Positions 1 to 13,108 of a stretch of DNA of 64,000 nt are shown here, piece after piece (the first letter of the stretch is position 1; each line of letters begins with the position of its first letter). The position numbers were made by a program, and so were the translations under genes. The stretch covers positions 88,476,001-88,540,000 of the forward strand of contig CM059432.1 in the NCBI GenBank assembly GCA_030390025.1, read 5' to 3'. This DNA is from Squalus acanthias. Its lineage: Eukaryota. The notes below the pieces were generated by a model, which did no database searches, had not been told where the DNA came from, and saw nothing but the letters and a program-made list of their open reading frames with translations.

Positions 1-129
1 GTTAGTGAGGAGGACTTTGCAGGGTCGACTGGGCTGGGTGTGCCTTTGTCGTGTCCGAAGCTGCTGCCAAGGTCGATGCCGGGTGGTCTGTCCGGTTTTA
101 TTTTTATTGTTGTTTTTCGTAGCGGTTGT

Positions 130-435
130 GTACAACTGAGTGGCTTGCTAGGCCATTTCATGGCCCACATTGCTTTGGATCTGGAGTCACATATAGGCCA
201 GACCAGGTAAGGGAGCAGATTTCCTTCCCTAAAGGACATTAGTGAACCAGATGGGTTTTTACAATAGTTTCATGGTCACCATTACTGATACTAGCTTTTT
301 GTTCCAGATTTATTTAATTAACTGAATTTAAATTCCCCAGATGCTGTGGTGAGGTTTGAACTCACGTCTCTGGATCATTAGTCCAGGCCTCTGGATTACT
401 AGTCCAGTAAGCTAACCACTATACTACCGTTCCCG
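130..435 (-). mobile_element. tRNA-derived SINE-like head (same family as 17041-17482)
   Basis: Reverse complement begins GGGAACGGTAGTATAGTGGTTAGCTTACTGGACTAGTAATCCAGAGGCC...GAGTTCAAACC, with A/B-box-like motifs. It aligns by eye with 17041-17330. Confidence 0.6.
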
Positions 436-479
436 CTATAGGGCAGAAATTGTGGGACCCCATTTCATTCCATTATGTG

Positions 480-768
480 TCACTTTAGTCAGTCTGCCCT
501 CTCAGGTGGATATAAAAGATCCCATGGCACTATTGGAAGAAGAGATGGGGAGTTCTCCAGGTGTCCTGGCCAACATTTATCCCTCAACCAACACCTATCT
601 GGTCATTTATTTCATTGCAGTTTGTGGGACCTTGCTGTGCACAAAGTGGCTGCCAAGTGGCTACAACAGTGACTACATGTTAAAAATACTTTAGTAGCTG
701 TAAAATGCTTTTGGACGTCCTCAGGTCATGAAAGGCACTATATAAATAAAAGTTCTTTCTTTTTCTTT
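480..768 (+). mobile_element. Deu-domain SINE (SacSINE1/AmnSINE-like) with L2-type tail
   Basis: AAAGATCCCATGGCACTATT...GTGTCCTGGCCAACATTTATCCCTCAACC...GTTTGTGGGACCTTGCTGTGC core; 3' end GAAAGGCACTATATAAAT followed by (TTTC)n. Confidence 0.6.
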
Positions 769-1758
769 ATTGCTTATGGCACAGGTAACACAGAACGTAA
801 ACTTGAGCACAGGGTCACCTTTAGCACACCAGAAGAATGAGTTGTACCAGGATCCTCTCGGCACCTTGTAGCTGATACCAAATCCTGACCTCGCTCCTGC
901 CCAGCTGCTACAGTTTAGCATGACTCACCCACACTACAGCTTCTCCTCAAACCAATTCAGTCCATCCCCACTCCATCACAGTGATTAGAAACATCAGCAG
1001 AGAGTTAGCAGTAATCCCAAACCAAATCAATTGTTTACAACAATATTAATTTTCTGATTAAAAAGGTATTAACAGCACTTGGTTTCCTATTTGAATTTGG
1101 GATTAGTGGTTTTGTCTGTTGTAAGTGATTGTTCACACCGTGTGCCTCAGATGTAAGTGGACTACAATCTAATTCAATTAATCAATTGAGACGATGCCAT
1201 GACCAGAGCTAGCAAAATACAGGCAGAACCATGATCGAATGATTATACTTCTGCCATCAAGATACTGCAATGCTTTATTCCTGATACTGTAAAGTTTATT
1301 AACAATGGTATTGTTTTGGTTTTCTTGCCATTCTGTACAGCAAGCATTGTGCATGGATGAGTTAGCATAGCATAAGCGAAATAGGAATAAAAGTGATGAT
1401 GCCACAAAGTGTAAGGTGTATGGTCTTCCCCGATGGTAGTACAGCAATGCCAGATTTGTTCCTGTACAAGGTAGCTTATCATTTCCATTTTTACAAAATC
1501 AGTTTATAATTAGGATGCTGTAGTGTCAAGATTATTTTAATAAAAGTCTAAGCAGATGTGAGCTTGAGAAACATCTCACAGAAAGTCGAGTTTCCAGATA
1601 TAGAATCCTTAAATAAAATTAATAAAATATTTTTTTAGTGTTTTAAATACTTTTTAATGTTATGTATATTTTTGTTAAAAGCTTGAAGATAATGTTCATA
1701 CTAAAGAGACCTTGTTGTTTAGAGTTAGGAAACACCCAAGAGGAAACGCATCAGATTG

Positions 1759-1867
1759 GGTTAGAGTTTCAACTTGTTGCCCGGGTGTAAACTGGAATTG
1801 CGGATTTACTGCCCATTAGAGAAACCATCTGGTTTTTATTTCTGGGCGGCAAGTTGAAAATCCACCC
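1759..1867. mobile_element. Small MITE with imperfect TIRs (Harbinger-like)
   Basis: GGTTAGAGTTTCAACTTGTTGCCCGG at the left versus CTGGGCGGCAAGTTGAAAATCCACCC at the right (inverted). Confidence 0.5.
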
Positions 1868-2398
1868 TATTGTTATTTCTCCCCTTGTTTGTGACTAATG
1901 TATAATAAAATATTATCCACTCTATTGAAAATTTAGAGTGCTGATGTCCCTAGGCTAATGCACAGCTAAATAAAGTGTACCACTGTGCTGCTCAGTCAGC
2001 ACCAAATCAACTTAATTTGATCACCCGAATTAGAATTTCTGCACCATACGGGGAAAAAAGGGCTAAGGCAGTACCATCATAACTTTATTAGTTTTGTAGC
2101 ATGATGTGAGGGACCACGTAGGGTGTTGTGCACAGTAAAGATGACGGAGCCAATGAGGATGCTGGGGGCTTTCAGTACACCTGGAGTTTCGGTATTCCAG
2201 AGTTGAAAGGATAGTCTTTTACTGTACAGTATTACTGACAATACTTAGCTGACAAGTGGCTTCAGTATTAATTCAGTTTTACAGACTATATTAGAAACAT
2301 GTGTTCAATGTTTTCTTACCTTGTTAGACATATATTTTCCATTTAAAAACTCCATGACTGTAACCATAGCTTTATATTTTGTGTGCACTTCTCTGCAG

Positions 2399-2523
2399 CT
2401 GCACCAGAAACCCCACTACCATCTCCTCCACAAGGTTCAGGACAAGAACAATACAAACTTGCTTCAAACCAGCTCTCAGTTATTTCTCAGCAAGCGCCAT
2501 TGCCAAAGCAGAAGAGCTTGTGA
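2399..2523 (+). CDS. Possible terminal coding exon of an unidentified host gene (APETPLPSPPQGSGQEQYKLASNQLSVISQQAPLPKQKSL*)
   Basis: Pyrimidine-rich acceptor CTTCTCTGCAG ending at 2398, then an open frame to TGA 2521-2523. About 1.5 kb of repeat-free AT-rich sequence follows, with several AATAAA (e.g. 2941, ~3064, ~3856), resembling a 3' UTR. Protein not recognised. Confidence 0.4.
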
Positions 2524-4099
2524 TTGATGCCAAACTTAATTTTAAGAATGACAGATTGTGCTTTCTGTACACTTGAAAACCAGGATCCGAATTAAGTTAC
2601 CGGACTGCAAACAGGATCAAGCCACAGGTGGAAAGCAACACTGCCATTCTGTACTGTCTATAAATGGCTGTATTAATTTCTTGTCTTTGCCAACACTGAT
2701 GTTTTTGTGGGGTATACCATTTCAGGAGCAAAGGGTATTGCTCTTAAACACAAGTTGCAATCTCAGGTTAATATTTTAAAGGGATTCGGTTAAAGTTATT
2801 TGGACAATGGCAAAACAAACTTGGTACATATCAAAAGTTCATGTTGTAAATTTTATAAATTATAGATTAGATTTATCAATTTACATCTATATTTCACTAT
2901 TTTCCAATTGATGTAGCTATAATTTAGATCTGTGACAATGAATAAAAAAGCTGTTTCATACTTAGTTATGTTATAAACCATAAATTCTGCCTTCTGAGAC
3001 TGGTTTTACATCAGCATTAAGGTAAGTGAAAATTGAAGGTGAGTAATGAAAGCCTTTATGGAGAATAAATGACTGAATGTGTTACAAGGTTGTAACCCAA
3101 CCAAGGGGTACTGATGATATCACTAACTATGAAACTCAAATTTACAAGATTATTATAGCCAATATCACATTACCAGAAATCTCTTTTTAATTGTACATAG
3201 TCCTTTTTACAAACTTACCTGTTTTGAGTCTTGCCATTTAAATTCATACCTTACAGTACCAACTCTGGTACATCTCTTATTAGCAGCAGTGTGGCTGCCA
3301 AGTTTTACAACATGGTTTTACATTGCATGACCAGAAGAGGGAGCTTTACTGAAAAACAATACACCTCGTTTTTACCAGAAACTTACTATTTTGTATCTGT
3401 TTATGAAATGTGTGATAATCTCAAATCAGATTAGCTTTCAGAGTAATATCAAAGTTTAACATTTCATGATTTACAGTTGATCTATAGATATGGTTGATAA
3501 ATAGATTTTGCTCAAATAGTTTTTGACTGAAAAAACTGCCTTAAATTGCCTAAATGCATTGTTTATTCTACCTTGTGGAAATGGGATGAACCCATTTACA
3601 ACTGTTTCTTAGTTTGTACATACAAAGTGAGTAATTATATAATCATTGTAATTTATTGTGATGCGATGATCTATTTTATAAACGTGAAATTATTTTTGTA
3701 TTAATTATTGTGAATGAATCAAAAATGATCAATTTCTGGAAGAAAATCAATACTGGAATGTGAAGTGTACACAATTTTTAAATATTGCATTGTCGTACAT
3801 TGGATGTACTTACAACATTTTCAGAAAATTGGAGTTCTCCACATGTAAAAATACAAATAAATGTTAATACCTTTCCAATTGTGAAGCATAATTGACATCA
3901 GATAGCTCTGGTTTTGAGTACTTCTTAATACTCTTGCACATGTTTTAAGGGTATTTATGACAGACTAACCATATTAATCGCTATTGCCATTGTCATCACA
4001 CTTTATCTTTTTAATATATTTATACAGATTATCTCAGATAAGTTTGAAAGATTTTTGACACTTGACTATACCTTTAACTGCCTCAGATGGTCCCTCCCA

Positions 4100-5440
4100 A
4101 TGAATCATAAAAATGACAGCACAGAGGAAGCCATTTTTTATTTGTTCTTAGAATGTGGGTGTTGTTGGTAAGGCCACTTTAACTGTCCATCCTTAGTTGT
4201 CCTGAGAAGGTCTTGGTGGACTGCCTCGTGAACCGCTGCCATCCATGTGCTCAGGAATTCCAACATTTTGACCCAGGGATGATGAGGGAACAGCAATATA
4301 TGTCCAAGTCAGAATTGTGTGTGACCTGGCGAAGAATTTGAAGGTAATGTGCTCCTGTGAGATTCAGCCCATCGCACCTTTGCCTGTTGGAGCAGTATAC
4401 TCGTCCCATTTCCTTCCCTCTCTCCTTTATCCCATTTATATTCTTCCTTTGCAAATACTTAAATCAATGTCCTTTTAAATGATGTTTCAGTAGTCAATTG
4501 TGGCAAAGCATTCTATATTCTAATAATTCTGTCTGAAAATATTTCTTCTAACTTCCCCCTTCATTCTTCTGGTGATAATCCCAAGTCTATGCCAATCAAC
4601 GGAAACAATCTTTCTCTACTTACCATCTCAAAACCTTTCATAATTTTGAAAACCTCTGTTAAATCATCCCTTAACCTTTGCTGTTCCAATGAAAAAACCC
4701 TTATTTTTTTAAATCTTTCTTCATAGAATCATAGAAATTTACGGCACAGAAGGAGACCATTCAGCCCATTGTGTCTGTGCCGGCCGAAAAAGCTATCAAC
4801 CTAATCCCACTTTCCAGCTCTTGGTCCGTAGTCTTGTAGCTTACGGCACTTCAAGTGCATATCCAAGTACTTTATAAATGTGATGAGTGTTTCTGCCTCT
4901 ACCACTCTTTCAGGTAGTGAGTTCCAGACCCCCACCACCCTCTGGGTGAAAAATGTTCTTCTCAACTCCCCTCTAATCCTTCTACCAATTACTTTAAATC
5001 TATGCCCCCTGGCTATTGACCTCGCTGCTAAGGGAAATAGGTTTTTCCTATCCACTCTATGTAGGCCCCTCATAATTTTATACACCTCAATCAAGTATCT
5101 CCTCAGCCTCCTCTGTTCCAAAGAAAACAATCCCAGCCTATCCAATCTTTCCCCATAGTTAAAATTCATAAATATAAACTTTCATTCCTGGTACCATTCT
5201 ATGAAACTTTTCTGTATCCTTTCCTTGGCTCTAATATCCATCCTCTATTGGGGTGCCTAGAACTGCATATAATACTCCAACTGTGGCCTATCTAATGTCT
5301 TGTACAAATTTTCATCACTTCCTTGCTTTTATATTCAATATCCCAATGTAAAAGAGCCAGAATCTCATTTGCCTTTTTAGGGCCTTGTCTTCCTGCACTT
5401 CCATCTTTTAAAGATCAATGTAGTTGCTCTCCTAGATCTC
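4100..5440 (-). mobile_element. Nested 3' fragments of CR1-clade LINEs
   Basis: ORF 4801-5169 (-) LGLFSLEQRRLR...FFTQRVVGVWNSLP is a CR1 ORF2 C-terminus. It is inserted in an older CR1 copy. A different LINE 3' end lies at about 4135-4390. Confidence 0.8.
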
Positions 5441-5973
5441 ACTGTTAAAAAACTTAACCCTTGCACCCAAATGAGCAGGCAGTTCTGAGGCTAGTCTTCA
5501 TATTTGTTTATATTTTAAAATTTCTGTAGTTTCCTAATTATTCATGAGCCTCAAAATTCCTCAGGTCATAATTCTAGAATTAACACCAGGCTTGTGCCCA
5601 GCAGAGCCCTCCACCACAGGGGCAGTAGGAGGATACATGCAAGGAACAGGCAGGTGCAAATGCCATGTCGGGCACATCCCTGGCACCTGCCTGCACATGG
5701 TGGGGAGGGGAGGCGGGGGGAGATTGCCAAGCCCACCTCTCCTGTCCTCAGCCTGACAATATTCCTATTGGTTCTCTGAGCAGGCGGGGCAATCTGGCAG
5801 TTTTTTTAATCTTTAAGAAGGAAAGTCAAAAACTTACCTGGACGGCCTCTTCAGTTTCCTGGTAGTCTTCAGGTTGACCTTCACTTGGTGGGAAAGCTGC
5901 AGCACTTGCTTCCTTACTCCCAGGCACCAGCTCAGATTTCTTTGCCCCGGGTGAATTAGATAGTGGGAGTGAG

Positions 5974-6540
5974 GATGTGGTGATTCACAGAGCAGGAGAG
6001 AACCAGAAGAATGGGAAGCGGATGAGGATGTGCCACCTTCTCAGTGGAGACTGAGGAGAAGGCTGGCCATGGCTTTGGAGTTTTGGGAGCCAGAACTCAT
6101 GGCTACTCACGTGAAAAGAAGGATGTTTGATGAACATCGCACCTATGTGCAGCCTCTGAGGATAATTTCTAAGTATATGCAGCAACTGACAGGTGTGGCC
6201 CTCGAGCCTACAACTCTTCTTTGTGGCAACATCACAGAAGTTTTGACTTCCTCACAGGTGCCAATGGAGCAAGTGGCAGCTTCAGTGGAATTTGCAGTAG
6301 ATTCCCAGCTGAGCAGCAGCCAGGGACCAGTCGGTGCTCCACTCCTGGAAGCACAGACTGCAGCTCTGGAGGCAGTAGGGCACTGAGTGGAGTGAAGCAG
6401 GAATTGCAGCTTCCAGACTGTGGTGACCACTGTGTCTTAAGGCTTTCAGGACCTGATAGCTTCTATTAGACAGCTATGCTACTGATCATTGGGGCCACTG
6501 GCTTCAGGGTGAAGGCTGGAGTCCTACTGCCTTCTCTCAG
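5974..6540 (+). pseudogene. Degenerate ORF fragment homologous to 47256-47852, probably a Harbinger accessory-gene exon
   Basis: WEPELMATHVKRRMFDEHRTYVQPLRIISKYMQQLTG aligns with WNPELVGSQFNRCMFQEEERYVNVLGIITCDLQQLTG; both contain EAQTAAL. Confidence 0.45.
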
Positions 6541-7839
6541 GACAGCAAATGCCTTTACTGATGCCTGTTACTCCATTAGTTTATAATTTGCAGGTGTGCA
6601 GTGCTTTATTAATTTATTAATTCACTTATGCTTGCTTCTCCATTAATTTATTAATTTACTGCTGCCGGTTGCTCCATGAATTTATTGATTCAGTCGTAGC
6701 CAGTGCGTTATTAATCTATTCATTCACTGATACCTGATTAGCTGTACTACTATATTCAGCAGTAACCTTTCATTGTTGTGAGCGAGTGGCCATCCCTGTG
6801 CTTTGGAACATAGGAATTGCTCGAGACAAAAAGACCAAGGTCCATCTAATTCACATTTTACTATTCTGGTAGTCACGTAATGCAACAATAATGGAGTTGT
6901 TGACTAATCATGACAATCAATCTCTATCAATTAGTTTACAACAGACGCAGACATGAGGTGAGTAAAACCCTTGTACTGGTTTCTGTAGGCTCAGATTTCC
7001 TTCTTTAATTACATATCGTAAAGCAAAACCAATAACACTTTGTTGTGATTTAAGTTATCCAGTATATTTAATTTATTTTTAATTTTCATGTTATTATAGG
7101 TGCTCCTTCTGTTCTCCACTATTTTAGGGTCTACTTATCCCATACATGTCTTGATGTCCTCATGTTCAACACAACATGGCATCAATTATTATAATGTTAG
7201 CCATTGTCTTCAGTCCCCGCCATAAACTCCATTCCCTAGCCAACGATTCCATCCCTCTCCTGGCAACTTCAGAGGCTGAACCAGGCGTTCACAAACTTGG
7301 GCCGCGATTTTGCCGTCACTCAGAGGGCGGGTTTGGAGGCAGGTCAGCTGTTAAATTCGAAATGATTGACAGCGGGTTGGGAACCCACTGCGAACCCGCC
7401 TCCATGTAAGTTTCCAAAGTGTCGGGTCTGCGATTTCGGAACAGACCCGACACCAAGCGGCGGGGGAGACATTTAAAATAGTTAACTGCTTGTTAAGTGG
7501 TTGTTAACTACTATTTTGCCAGCCTTTTTCTATTTTTGCACATTTTCAATGGGTTTCACATTGTTTGGAGATCACGTCAGGTAAGTATGTCGGGAGTTCC
7601 AACAAGCTGAATAGTTCACAGCTGCAACTGCAGTATAAAAGCTAACCTCTCACATCAGTTCACTTTCAAATGTCAGATGTTGCTGATTTAAGGATTTGGA
7701 AGACACATTTGATCTGTATTGAGGCTGTAAGTGTGTGTTGTAAACTCTATATGCACTGTCACCTTCTTGGAATAACCTCTCTCCCCATTGACTGACTGCT
7801 TCTAATATCTCATCCTCAACTGCCATATATAACAGCAGA

Positions 7840-9069
7840 ATGAGAACGATTTATACTCTCTCATCCTGGTCCTCAGAATCTGAAGAGGATCAGCCGCGGC
7901 AGCAGCAGAACCAGGCACACCAACATCACCAACAACAAGAGCGCCAACCTTCTCCTCAACCACCTGATGCTGCACAGGGCAGAGGCCATCAGCGCAGGGC
8001 TGCACCTCACCGCAGGAGATACACCGAACACAGGGCGAGGATGAGCTTCCTCAACATGACAGAGCAGCAGTGCCAAAGGAGGCTGAGACTTTCGCGAGAG
8101 GTAGTCATAGACATTTGCACAATGCTTGATCAAGACCTGCAGCCCAGAGGAGCAGGTGGACACACCTTACCAGTGGTTGTCAAAGTCACCACTGCACTCA
8201 ACTTCTTCGTGTCAGGGTCCTTCCAGGGATCAGCAGCAGACATTGCGGCCTCTCCCAGTCGGCCGCCCACAGATGCATCACGCAGGTCACCGATGCCCTC
8301 TTTTCACAAGTCCGCAAATTACATCCACTTTTCTACTGATGAAGCAAGTGTTACCGAGCGGGCGCTAGGCTTTGTCAATCTGGTTGCCTTCCCACGGCTG
8401 CAGGGCGTCATCGACTGCACACATGTGGCCATCAGGGCACCCCACCAGAACCCAGCAGCATTTGTCAACTGCAAGGGCTTCCACTCCCTTAACGTGCAGC
8501 TGATGTGAACCCATAGAAAGAGCATCATGCATGTGTGCGCGAGATTCCCTGGCAGCTGCCATGACTCTTGTATCCTGCACCAGTCCACAGTCCCTCAGCT
8601 CTTCACACCGCCAAACGAGCTTTCCGGCTGGTTCCTTGGAGACCAGGGCTATCCCCTGAAGATGTGGCTAATGGCACCATTGAGGAGGCCACCAAATTAG
8701 TCTAAGGAATGTTACAATCAAAGCTACAATTCCACCAGAAGTGTCATACAGCAAACAATAGGGTTGCTCAAAATGCACTTCAGATGCCTGGACAGATCTG
8801 GTGGAGCCCAAAGTATGCACCAGCCAGGATCTCGTGAATCATCGTTGTCTGCTGTGCCCTGCACACCATCGCACTACAGCGAGGATTAGCGCTGCCTGAG
8901 GAACTAGGTGCAGAGCACACATCTCTTCAGAGGAGAAGGTGGAGGAGGAGCAGAATGAGGTTCCAGATGAGGAAGACCTGGAGGAGGCGGCTGACCCAAT
9001 GCACCAGCACGTGAGCACATTGCTGCCCATGATGCCAGGGATGGCCTAATAAATGCCAGATTCACCTAA
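7840..9069 (+). pseudogene. HARBI1-like DDE transposase with frameshifts and stops
   Basis: [52 protein letters not shown] motifs and an acidic C-terminal tail. Confidence 0.9.
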
Positions 9070-9349
9070 CTTTATGTAGCACAGACATGTGGCTGCCACA
9101 TGCACATGAAGGTTGGCATGACCCCACTTCAACACCAAAGAGCATCTCTACAATGAACTGTTCAATCCTTGCACTGTCCCACCATTGCTGGACATGAAAA
9201 GCGCCCTCATCCTTCACTGTGCCACTTCAAATTGTGAGCACACATAGGGCAACGCATTCAAACATTCACATGACATTATTTTATTACAACAAAATAAAAT
9301 AACAGAAACTTAACATTGATTTATATCAAAACACCCAAGTGACTACCCT

Positions 9350-11098
9350 TATGATTATTTATGTGGGAGCTTTCTCTTACGTGTGCTTCTATGTGGTGCT
9401 ACTCCTGTGGCTTCAGCAGATGTAGAGGCAGGCTGCTCACTTCCCTGCTGCGCCTGCTTAGACACCTTTGGCGTTCGTCCTCTGGGTTTTGGAGCCTATG
9501 AGGGCCCCGCCAATGTCTGCTCCTCCTGCGGCTGTGCAGGGGCAGACTCGGCTATCACTGTTAGGGGAGGCATCTGGGGCTCTGATTGAGGGGTTGGCAA
9601 GGGGATGCCAGTTTGAGCACTTGGAGAGGAGCCCCCACTTCCATGTCCCCACCCACCATCATCTCTCTCATGGGCCACCTGCACTTCCCTGCTAGCTGGA
9701 GAGCACCTTGCTGCACATCAGTGGGGCCATGAGGACCCATTTCTGTGCTGACGTTCCTCATAACAAGGACGTCCATGAACCTCTGGTTCCTCCCCACAAT
9801 AGATGCCCATCTATCCTCCATCGATGACCATCTATTTAGAAGTGTTACCATGTTCTCCAGAGTCCGGCAATTTATGTCCTCCGTGGAGGTTACCATCTTT
9901 TCCATGGCAGAACCTACAGTGGCCAGTGTGTGCGCCACGGCATTGCTCATATTTGAGATTGACTCCTCCATTCTCTGCACACTCGCAGTCACCATGGTTG
10001 CAAACCCTGTCAGAGCCTCCTGAGCTTGTTCCTGAAGTTCCAGGATCGCCCTCTTCTTGGATGCAGCATAGCAGAGCTAGGAGACTCCTGCGGCCTCCGA
10101 CGAGGATTCTCCACTGCTGTCCCTGTCGGCACCATCTGATCTTGCTCACTTGTGACGTGTGATACACCAGGTGACAACACTACTCTATGTTGCATAGGAC
10201 CCACCGAGGTGTGCGACTCTGTGCTGGTGCTGGGTGCGCTCATTGCTGCTGACACTGCTCCCTCAGAGGCTGGAGGATCCTCTGAGGAGTCCTCCTGCTC
10301 TTCCTCCTGGACAATGGGGGACTCTTGATGGTCCTGTGGGAGAGTAAAGACATGAGTTAGTCATGTGATATGTAGATTGCAGACACATCCCATTGTGCAC
10401 ATGATGAGCATTCAATTTCTATTGACTTCAGATCCCATATGAGTTACTCATGAATGCCAAATAAGATGGATGGAAAATCATTCTGTCACCAAGTTGTTCT
10501 CCGAGCCCCTCTCTCCGTCCCCCACATCAAGCTGGTCAACAGCTCCAACAATGTCCAGAGCTGCCTCCTCAGCGTAGGTGAGCTGCGCCAACGATGGTGG
10601 TCCTCCTCCTGTTCTCTCCCTCTCCGTCTTATTGTGGGCTCTCTTTTCCTGCAATGAGGGAAAGAAGTGCAGTTTTAGTGAGTGTGATGGAATAAGTGTA
10701 AAGAATGGATAGGATAGATGTTTAGAGGGAGACTATGATGGAGTGGGGTGCCAATACCAAGTTCCCTCCTTTTGAGTTGTTAGTTGTTGTCATTGCATAA
10801 CATTGAGAGTGAGTGTGAGGGGTGCATAGTAAGATGGGGATATGATTCTGTAGATAGGAAGACAGGGATGGGTGATGGTGCAAGCGATGTTGGGGTGAGT
10901 TTGGATGTGCAGGAGTAGGGTTGGCAATGCAGAGTGATGGGGATGTGATGACAGGCACAGCAGAATGAAGGTAAGTGTGCTTTTATACTCACTCACTATT
11001 GCTGAATGCAGGAACTCATTGAACCTCTTCCTACATTGGACCCAGGTATGAGAAATCACAGACCTTGCAGTGACCTCCTCAGCTATTTGCCCAATCAA
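9350..11098 (-). pseudogene. Spliced Myb/SANT-like Harbinger accessory gene, 5'-truncated
   Basis: IAEEVTARSVISHTWVQCRKRFNE followed by a GTGAGT donor. Introns are homologous to those of the 58719 copy. A coiled-coil-like last exon is ORF 9561-9995. Confidence 0.8.
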
Positions 11099-11725
11099 CA
11101 GAAAATTGTTTGTGCAGAGCGGCTGGAGCCAGGAGCGGGACCAGAACCCGCCAACTTCCTAATCCGTTGCGAACCCGCCTCCGCTCGGAAAATACAGCCC
11201 TTGGAGTCTTTTTAGCCCCGAAATGAGCTTCCGACCACATATCCGCTCCATCACCAAGTCCGCCTACTTCCACTTCCATAACATTGCCCGACTCCATCCC
11301 TGCCTCGTCTGCTGCTGAAACCCTCATCTATGCATTTGTTACCTCTAGACTTGACTATTCGAATGATCTCCTGGCCGGCCTCCCATCTACCACCCTATAT
11401 AAACTTGAGCCCATCCAAAACTCTGCTGCTCGTATCCTAACTCGCACCAAATCCTGTTCACCCATCACCCCTGCACTCTCTGACTTACATTGACTTCCAG
11501 TTAAGCAACACCTCGATTTTAAAATTCTCAACCTTGTTTTCAAATCCCTCCATGGCCTCGCCCCTCCCGATCTCTGTAACCACCTCCAACCCTACAACCC
11601 TTTGAGATCTCTGCGCTCCCTCAATTCTGGCCTCTTGTGCATCCCCTATTTTAATCACTACACTATTAGCCTTCAGCTGCCTAGACCCTAAACTCTGGAA
11701 TTCAACCCCTAAACCTCTCTGCCTC

Positions 11726-12662
11726 TCCAAGTTTGCTGACGATACAAAACTAGGTGGGACAGTAAGCTGTGAGGAGAATACAGAGTCTTCAAAGGGATAT
11801 AGATAGACTAAGTGAGTGGGCAGTAAGGTGGCAGATGGAGTATAATGTAGGGAAATGTGAGGTTATTCACTTTGGTAGGAAGAATAGAAAAACAGATTAT
11901 TTTTTAAATGGTGAGAAACTTTCAAATGTTGGTGTTCAGAGAGATTTGGGTGTCCTTGTGCAAAAAACACAGAAAGCTAACATGCAGGTACAGCAAGCAA
12001 TAAGGAAGGCAAATGGCATGTTGGCCTTTATTGCAAGGGGGTTGGAGTATAAGAGTAAGGAAGTCTTGCTAGAATTGTACAGGGCCTTGGTGAGACCACA
12101 CCTGGAGTACTGTGCACAGTTTTGGTCTCCGTATCTAAGGAAAGATATACTTGCCTTGGAGGCGGTGCAACGAAGGTTCACTAGATTGATTCCTGGGATG
12201 AGAGGGCTGTCCTATGATGAGAGATTGTGTAGAATGGGCCTATACTCTCTGGAGTTTAGAAGAATGAGAGGTGATCTCATTGAAACATACAAGATTCTGA
12301 GGGGGATTGAGAGGGTAGATGTGGAGAGGGTGTTTCCCCTGGCTGGAGTGTCTAGAAATAAGAGGCATAGTCTCAGGATAAGGGGTAGGCCATTTAAGAC
12401 TGAGATGAGGAGGAATTTCTTCACTCAGAGGGTTGTGAATCTTTGGAATTCTCTGCCCCAGAGGGCTTTGGATGCTGAGTCTTTGAGAATATTCAAGGCT
12501 GAGATAGATAGATTTTTGGACTCTAGGGGAATCAAGGGATATGGAGATCAGGCGGGAAAGTGGAGTTGAGGTCGATGATCAGCCATGATCTTATTGAATG
12601 GCGGAGCAGGCTCGAGGGGCCATAAGGCCTACTCCTGTTCTTAATTCTTATATTCTTATGTT
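11726..12662 (+). mobile_element. 5'-truncated CR1 LINE
   Basis: Starts at KFADDTK. ORF 11769-12569 is the CR1 RT C-terminus, followed by the 3' UTR and a (TTCTTA)n-like tail. Confidence 0.9.
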
Positions 12663-13108
12663 CTACCTCTCTCTCATGCTTTAAAACCTACCTCTTTGAC
12701 CAAGCTTTTGGCCACCTGTCCTAATATGTGGCTCGATGTCACAATTCTGTCTGACAAGGAATTGGGCTTCAAACCCCATATGAAATCTGTTACCAAGACT
12801 GCTTACATCCATTTCCACAGCATTGACTGGTTCCACCCTCATCTCACTTCCACTGTCTCTGAAACCCTGAGCCCTGATCCATTTTCACTGTTAACAGTGA
12901 TTTTGCAAAGTTCCCGTGCGAAACACACGCCTTTTAGGAAAGCCTCTAATCTCGAAGAGGGAAATCTGGTGGGATGGCTAATCTTGAAGGGCCAGCAACA
13001 GCAACTTAAAGGGGAGGGTGAAAGGATTGGGAGTGTATTGGAACAGCAGTATCTGGTAGCAGGCAAAACATTTTCAGCACCTATATCAGCAAGGAGCTTA
13101 AACATAGA

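Larger units (their letters stand above)
7300..11200. mobile_element. PIF/Harbinger DNA transposon, near-complete and degenerate
   Basis: TIRs GGCCGCGATTTT / AAAATACAGCCC; 3-bp TSD TTG (7297-7299, 11201-11203). Contains convergent transposase (+) and Myb/SANT gene (-). Confidence 0.9.
7175..12870 (+). mobile_element. L2 LINE 3' region, split by a Harbinger element and a CR1
   Basis: HKLGV is rejoined across 7299/11204. ORF 11284-11493 AETLIYAFVTSRLDYSN...IQNSAARILTRTK...ITPALSDLH is an L2 ORF2 C-terminus. The L2 tail resumes at about 12663. Confidence 0.8.

Noticed and set aside
721..1488. Short ORFs 721-921, 1178-1447 and 1243-1488 as host exons
   Set aside because: No recognisable motifs and no consistent splice-site pairs.
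7840..9069. Host HARBI1 or NAIF1 genes
   Set aside because: Copies are multiple, carry stops and frameshifts, and lie within TIR-bounded elements, so they are transposon relics rather than domesticated genes.
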